From: Candidatus Eiseniibacteriota bacterium
Lineage (GTDB): Bacteria > Eisenbacteria > RBG-16-71-46
Reading direction: 5' to 3'
Assembly: GCA_963717935.1 (NCBI GenBank)
Contig: CAVQXP010000004.1
Location: 896,001 to 960,000, forward strand
Length of the DNA stretch: 64,000 bases
Numbering within the stretch: the first letter of the stretch is position 1; every line of letters starts with the position of its first letter. Below are positions 59,574 through 64,000 of the stretch, piece by piece. The notes under the pieces are model-generated. The model worked only from the letters and a program-made list of their open reading frames with translations. It had not been told where the DNA came from and made no database searches. Both the position numbers and the translations under genes were made by a program.

Positions 59574-60032
59574 TCAGCCGTTGGTCGCGAGCATCTCCTC
59601 GCTGATCAGCAGCGCCGCCTCGCGCACGGCGCACTCGACGGCGTAGGAGAGCCGCGTGCCGAGGCCGAAGTCCGCCCCCTCGATGCCGTAGATCACGAGT
59701 GAGGGTGGCAACTGACCCAGCGAGCGTGCCAGCTCGACCGCCTCGGCCAGGCCCAGGCCGTGCGTGGAGCCGCGGAACAGCTCGGCGGGCAGCGGCCCCC
59801 GCGCGGCGTCCAGCCGCTGCACCGTCCCGGCGGGCGCGCCCGAGGACATGGCGTCCACCACCAGGACCGCGGGCTCGCCCCGCCAGGCCTCGAGCAGCGC
59901 GGCAGCGCCCCCCGCGCACTCGACCATGCGGGCCCGCGGCCACAGCAGCGCCCGCACCAGCCGCGCGGCGCGCACGCCCGCGGCGTCGTCGCGCCGGCCC
60001 TCGTGGCCGACGCCGATCAGCAGCGGTGCGAT
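59574..60032 (-). CDS. Hydrogenase maturation protease
   Basis: IGVGHEGRRDDAAG, VVDAM, STHGLGL, GIEG; no canonical start near the upstream stop. Confidence 0.88.
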   Translation of the reverse strand: MAPLLIGVGHEGRRDDAAGVRAARLVRALLWPRARMVECAGGAAALLEAWRGEPAVLVVDAMSSGAPAGTVQRLDAARGPLPAELFRGSTHGLGLAEAVELARSLGQLPPSLVIYGIEGADFGLGTRLSYAVECAVREAALLISEEMLATNG

Positions 60033-60034
60033 CG

Positions 60035-61357
60035 CTAGCCTTCCACCCGGCGCAGCTTCAGAAAGTGGGTCGCGCACGAGATGCAGGGGTCGTAGTTGCG
60101 CACCGCCTGTTCGCACTGCCAGGTGAGCGTCGCATCATCCAGCTCGAGCCGGGGCTCGATGAAGTTCCAGAGATCCTCCTCGATGGACTTCTGGTTCTGC
60201 GAGGTCGGCGGGACGATCTTCGCGTCCGCGATGCTGCCGTCCGCCTCGATGCGGTAGCGGTGGAAGAGCAGCCCGCGCGGGGCCTCGGTCGCGGCCGCGC
60301 CCGTGCCGGCGCGCGGCTCGATCCGGACCGCCGGTGCGGCCGGTGGCTCGTAGGCGGCGACGATGCGCAGCGCCTCCTCCACCGCCCACAGGGTCTCGAC
60401 CGAGCGCACCAGGATGCTGTGGAACGGGTTGCGGCACACCGGGCCCAGGCCCGCATCGCGCGCGGCCTGCTGGGCCGCCGGCGTGAGGCGGTCGAAGTTG
60501 AGGCTGTAGCGGGCGAGCGGACCGACCAGGTAGGACTTCACCGCGCCGGGATCGCCCTCCACCGGCGCCCGCTTCGCGCCCTGCAGTGCGTTCGAGTGCC
60601 GGGCGTGCTGCTCGACGAAGTGCCGCTCGTACTCGGACGCCGGGATGTCGAGCCCCAGGCTCGAGACGATCTGGCCCTCGTTGAAGGGGTACTCGTGCGG
60701 GTGGCGCAGCGCCACGAATTCGTAGTCACGCTCGAAGTCGGGGAACTCGAAGCCCTTCACCCAGCCCAGCATGGCGAGTGCCTGCTCGCGGGCGCGCTCG
60801 AGCGGCTCGACCAGGGTGCGCAACTCGCGCCCGGAGGGCGCGCGGTAGAAGCCGCCCACGCGCACGTTGATGGGGTGGATCTCCCGCCCGCCCAGCAGCG
60901 TCACGACGGCGTTGCCGGTCTTCTTGAGCGCGAGCCCGTTCGTCACCTGCCCGGCGTGGTCCTTCGCCATGTGGATGGCGCTCTCGTAGCCCAGGAAGTC
61001 GGGGGCGTGGAGCATCACGACGTGCAGCGCGTGGCTCTCGATCCACTCGCCGCAGTAGAGCAGGCGCCGCAGTTCGCGCAGCGGGCCGTCCACGGTCACG
61101 CCGCAGGCGGCCTCCATCGCGTGGACAGAGCTCATCTGGTAGGCCACCGGGCAGATGCCGCAGATGCGGGCGGTGATGTCGGGCGCCTCGGTGAACTGGC
61201 GCCCGCGCAGGAACGCCTCGAACAGGCGCGGCGGCTCGAAGATGCGGAACTTCACGTCGGCCACCCGGCCATTGCGCACGCGCACCTCCAGCCCGCCCTC
61301 GCCCTCGACGCGGGCCAGCATCGCCACCTTGATGTTCCGGCTCTTGCGGTCACTCAT
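60035..61357 (-). CDS. Group 3b [NiFe]-hydrogenase large (alpha) subunit
   Basis: ARVEGEG, L1 [16 protein letters not shown]2 DPCISCATH plus short cleavable tail. Confidence 0.95.
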   Translation of the reverse strand: MSDRKSRNIKVAMLARVEGEGGLEVRVRNGRVADVKFRIFEPPRLFEAFLRGRQFTEAPDITARICGICPVAYQMSSVHAMEAACGVTVDGPLRELRRLLYCGEWIESHALHVVMLHAPDFLGYESAIHMAKDHAGQVTNGLALKKTGNAVVTLLGGREIHPINVRVGGFYRAPSGRELRTLVEPLERAREQALAMLGWVKGFEFPDFERDYEFVALRHPHEYPFNEGQIVSSLGLDIPASEYERHFVEQHARHSNALQGAKRAPVEGDPGAVKSYLVGPLARYSLNFDRLTPAAQQAARDAGLGPVCRNPFHSILVRSVETLWAVEEALRIVAAYEPPAAPAVRIEPRAGTGAAATEAPRGLLFHRYRIEADGSIADAKIVPPTSQNQKSIEEDLWNFIEPRLELDDATLTWQCEQAVRNYDPCISCATHFLKLRRVEG

Positions 61358-62153
61358 GGGATTCGCTCGCATCGTGCTCATGCAGTTCGCTCGCCTTGCG
61401 GAAGGCCTCGGCTCCGGAGGTGAAGGTGCGGAAGAGCCGCATCAGCTCCTCGTGGGAATAGCCGTGGCCCTGGAGCACCGCGCCCAGGGAGCCGGTGTTG
61501 GCGCTGCCGCGCAGGGGGCCGAAGCACCCGTAGCAGCCGCGCCCGTAGGACGGGCACAGGGCCCCGCAGCCGGTGCGCGTCACCGGACCGAGGCAGGCCT
61601 CGCCGCGGGCCACCGTCACGCACACCACGCCGCGCCGCTTGCAGTCCATGCAGACCGCGTGGCTGGGCAGGAACGGGCGTCGCCCGCCGAGGAACGCCAG
61701 CACCATCTCGAGCAGCTGGTGCTTGTTCACGGGGCAGCCCTGCAGCTCGTAGTCCACCTTGACGTGATGCGAGATGGGCGTGGAGGTCTTGAGCGTGTGG
61801 ATCCAGTCCGGCGTGGCGTAGACCAGGGGCACCCAGCCGCCGACCTCGGCGAAGTTGCGCAGCGCCTGGATGCCACCCGCGGTGGCGCAGGCGCCGATGC
61901 TGACGAGCACCTTCGAGACGCGGCGCACGGCGTGGATCCGCTCGGCGTCGTGCGGTGTGGTGATCGAGCCCTCGACCAGGGTGAGGTCGTAGGGGCCCTT
62001 CAGCACCGCCCGCGACGCCTCCGGGAAGTTGGCGATGTCCACGGCGCCGGCGACGGCGAGCAGTTCGTCCTCGCAGTCGAGGATGCTCAGCTGGCAACCG
62101 TCGCACGAGGCGAACTTGATGACCGCGAGGCGGGGCTTGCGCGAAGCGGCCAC
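61350..62153 (-). CDS. Group 3b hydrogenase small (delta) subunit
   Basis: [44 protein letters not shown]. Confidence 0.93.
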   Translation of the reverse strand: MAASRKPRLAVIKFASCDGCQLSILDCEDELLAVAGAVDIANFPEASRAVLKGPYDLTLVEGSITTPHDAERIHAVRRVSKVLVSIGACATAGGIQALRNFAEVGGWVPLVYATPDWIHTLKTSTPISHHVKVDYELQGCPVNKHQLLEMVLAFLGGRRPFLPSHAVCMDCKRRGVVCVTVARGEACLGPVTRTGCGALCPSYGRGCYGCFGPLRGSANTGSLGAVLQGHGYSHEELMRLFRTFTSGAEAFRKASELHEHDASESHE

Positions 62154-62154
62154 G

Positions 62155-63027
62155 TCACACCTCCCGGATGCCGAGCAGGGACGCCACCCGGTCGTAGCGG
62201 AACACCGGCCCGTCCTTGCAGATGAACAGCGGGCCGAACTGGCAGTGGCCGCAGAAGCCGACGCCGCACTTCATGTTCCGCTCCATCGAGACCCAGATGC
62301 TCTCGCCGTGCACGCCGTGCCGCTCGAGTTCGCGCTGGGTGAAGTGCATCATGATCTCGGGGCCGCAGACGAAGGCCACCGTGTTCGCCGGGTCGAACTG
62401 GGCCCGCGGGATGAGCGTGGGGACCACGCCCACGCGGCCGTGCCATTGGGATTCGGCGCGGTCCACGGTCACCTCGACGTTCACGTCGAAGCGGCCGCGC
62501 CAGGTCTCGATCTCCTTCGCGAACAGGATGTCCCGCGGGCTGCGGGCGCCGAACAGCAGGTTCACCCGGCCGAAGCGCTCGCGGTTCTCGAGCATGTGGC
62601 AGAGCGCCGGGCGCAGCGGCGCGAGGCCGATGCCGCCCGCCACGAGCAGCACGTCGCGGCCCTCGGCCAGGCGCGCGGGCCAGGGCCTGCCGAACGGACC
62701 GCGCAGCCCGAGCACGTCGCCGCGCCTGAGGCTCCGCAGGGTCTTCGTCACGCGGCCCGCCGCGCGGATGGTGTGCACGACCTTGTCCACCGCGCCCGCG
62801 CAGCCGCTCATCGAGATGGCCGCCTCGCCCACGCCCGGCGCGAAGAGCATGTTGAACTGCCCCGGCTCGAACGTGAACGGCGGGCCCGCCTCGACGGGGG
62901 CGAGCGTCATCGTGAAGGTGTCGTGGGTCTCGGGCTGGGTGCGGACGACGCGCCAGGGCGCCGGCCGCATCGGGTCCGCTCCCTTCACGACCCGGGCGGG
63001 GGTTGCGGCCGCGGCCGGCTCACTCAT
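62155..63027 (-). CDS. Group 3b hydrogenase gamma subunit (FAD/NAD(P)-binding, 2Fe-2S)
   Basis: [48 protein letters not shown]. Confidence 0.93.
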   Translation of the reverse strand: MSEPAAAATPARVVKGADPMRPAPWRVVRTQPETHDTFTMTLAPVEAGPPFTFEPGQFNMLFAPGVGEAAISMSGCAGAVDKVVHTIRAAGRVTKTLRSLRRGDVLGLRGPFGRPWPARLAEGRDVLLVAGGIGLAPLRPALCHMLENRERFGRVNLLFGARSPRDILFAKEIETWRGRFDVNVEVTVDRAESQWHGRVGVVPTLIPRAQFDPANTVAFVCGPEIMMHFTQRELERHGVHGESIWVSMERNMKCGVGFCGHCQFGPLFICKDGPVFRYDRVASLLGIREV

Positions 63028-63493
63028 GTTCGCCCTGATGGTCGCCGTAGAGATCCAGCAGCTGGATGCTCATCGCGTCGAGGCGCCGCAGGATGACCTG
63101 CGAGAAGCGCCGCAGCAGCTCGAAGCCGAGCTCGGGGTCGCTCGCGAACTTGCCGCGCAGACACTTGCCGTCGAACATCAGCACGCGCGTCGAGGTGACC
63201 GCGTGGACGTCGAAGCGCAGCTGGTAGGGCGGCACGAGCCACGACCAGCCGACGACCTCGTCGTCCCCGAGCGTCTGGACGGTGAGCGGCCCGCGGCCGG
63301 GGGCGTGGATCTCCAGCGCGACGCGGCCCTGGCGGATGAGCCAGAACCGGTCGGCCGGCCCGCCGGAGCGGCCCATGAACTCACCGGCCTCGAAGCGCGC
63401 GTTCGCCGCGCAGCCGGTGATGAGCTGGATGTGCTCCGGCTTCAGCCCCTTGAAGAACGGAAGCCCCGACACGATGGGTTCAAGCGTTTCCAC
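63020..63493 (-). CDS. Stand-alone cyclic-nucleotide-binding domain protein
   Basis: [28 protein letters not shown]; no HTH. Confidence 0.85.
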   Translation of the reverse strand: METLEPIVSGLPFFKGLKPEHIQLITGCAANARFEAGEFMGRSGGPADRFWLIRQGRVALEIHAPGRGPLTVQTLGDDEVVGWSWLVPPYQLRFDVHAVTSTRVLMFDGKCLRGKFASDPELGFELLRRFSQVILRRLDAMSIQLLDLYGDHQGEHE

Positions 63494-64000
63494 GTGATCT
63501 CTCCTTCCCGCGCTCGTGCTGCCGCAGCGCGCCGGCCTCCTCCGTGATGTCGATTCCGGCCGGGCACCAGGTGATGCACCGGCCGCATCCGACGCAGCCC
63601 GACGAACCGAACTGCTCGTGCCAGGAGCCGAGCTTGTGGGTGAGCCACTGGCGGTAGCGAGAGCGGATGGACGACCGCACGTTCCCGCCGTGGATGTAGG
63701 TGAAGTCGACCGAGAAGCAGGAGTCCCAGCGGCGCACCCGGCGGCTCAGGCCCGCCGCGAGGTCCGTCGAGTCCTCGGTCGTGACGCAGAAGCAGGTGGG
63801 ACAGACCGAGGTGCAGTTGCCGCAGGCCAGGCAGCGCGCGGCGACCACGTCCCAATGCGGGTGCTCCTGGCTCTGCGCGAGCAGGGCGGGCAGCCCCTCG
63901 GTCTCGAGCGTGCGGCCCATCCCCGCGGTGGCGCGCGCCACCGCCGCCTCCACCGCGTCGGTCTCGGCCGCCGTGGTGGGGGTGGCGCGCAGCTCGGCGA
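63480..64000 (-). CDS. Group 3b hydrogenase beta subunit (4Fe-4S), 5' truncated by window edge
   Basis: [36 protein letters not shown]. Confidence 0.92.
   Translation of the reverse strand, partial: AELRATPTTAAETDAVEAAVARATAGMGRTLETEGLPALLAQSQEHPHWDVVAARCLACGNCTSVCPTCFCVTTEDSTDLAAGLSRRVRRWDSCFSVDFTYIHGGNVRSSIRSRYRQWLTHKLGSWHEQFGSSGCVGCGRCITWCPAGIDITEEAGALRQHERGKERSRGNA

Overview
This is a very GC-rich bacterial chromosomal window with no integrase, transposase or CRISPR array. Gene content suggests an FCB-related candidate phylum such as Ca. Eisenbacteria (inference). The core content is split transketolase, tRNA-Leu-smpB-amidase-gerM-like-murI-rph-rdgB, pyk, tRNAs Pro/Arg/His, ssb-tmRNA, a PAS hybrid kinase, yggS-yggT-yggU-PNP-dksA-like-lspA-rluD-rsbW-like-yqgF-mltG-larE, tRNA-Val, an RND efflux pair, a second PNP with an orphan ABC permease, and a group 3b [NiFe]-hydrogenase operon running off the right end. 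Many conserved genes are broken by single-base frameshifts, most likely sequencing indels. The most striking unexplained signal is a candidate cell-surface sorting system. Four secreted proteins from two unrelated families end in the same tail, C-x(2-3)-[VT]-P-x4-T-W-G-[RQ]-[LVI]-K-x-L-Y-R-stop. Three of them sit in a tandem array behind a dockerin-like protein. The dockerin-like gene and the first two array genes each carry a near-perfect 16S 3'-end complement 81-85 nt upstream of the start. Nearby are a PorU/gingipain-like C25 peptidase with an intact His/Cys pair, three foldase-type genes, putative beta-barrels and FlgD/CTD-like tailed proteins.
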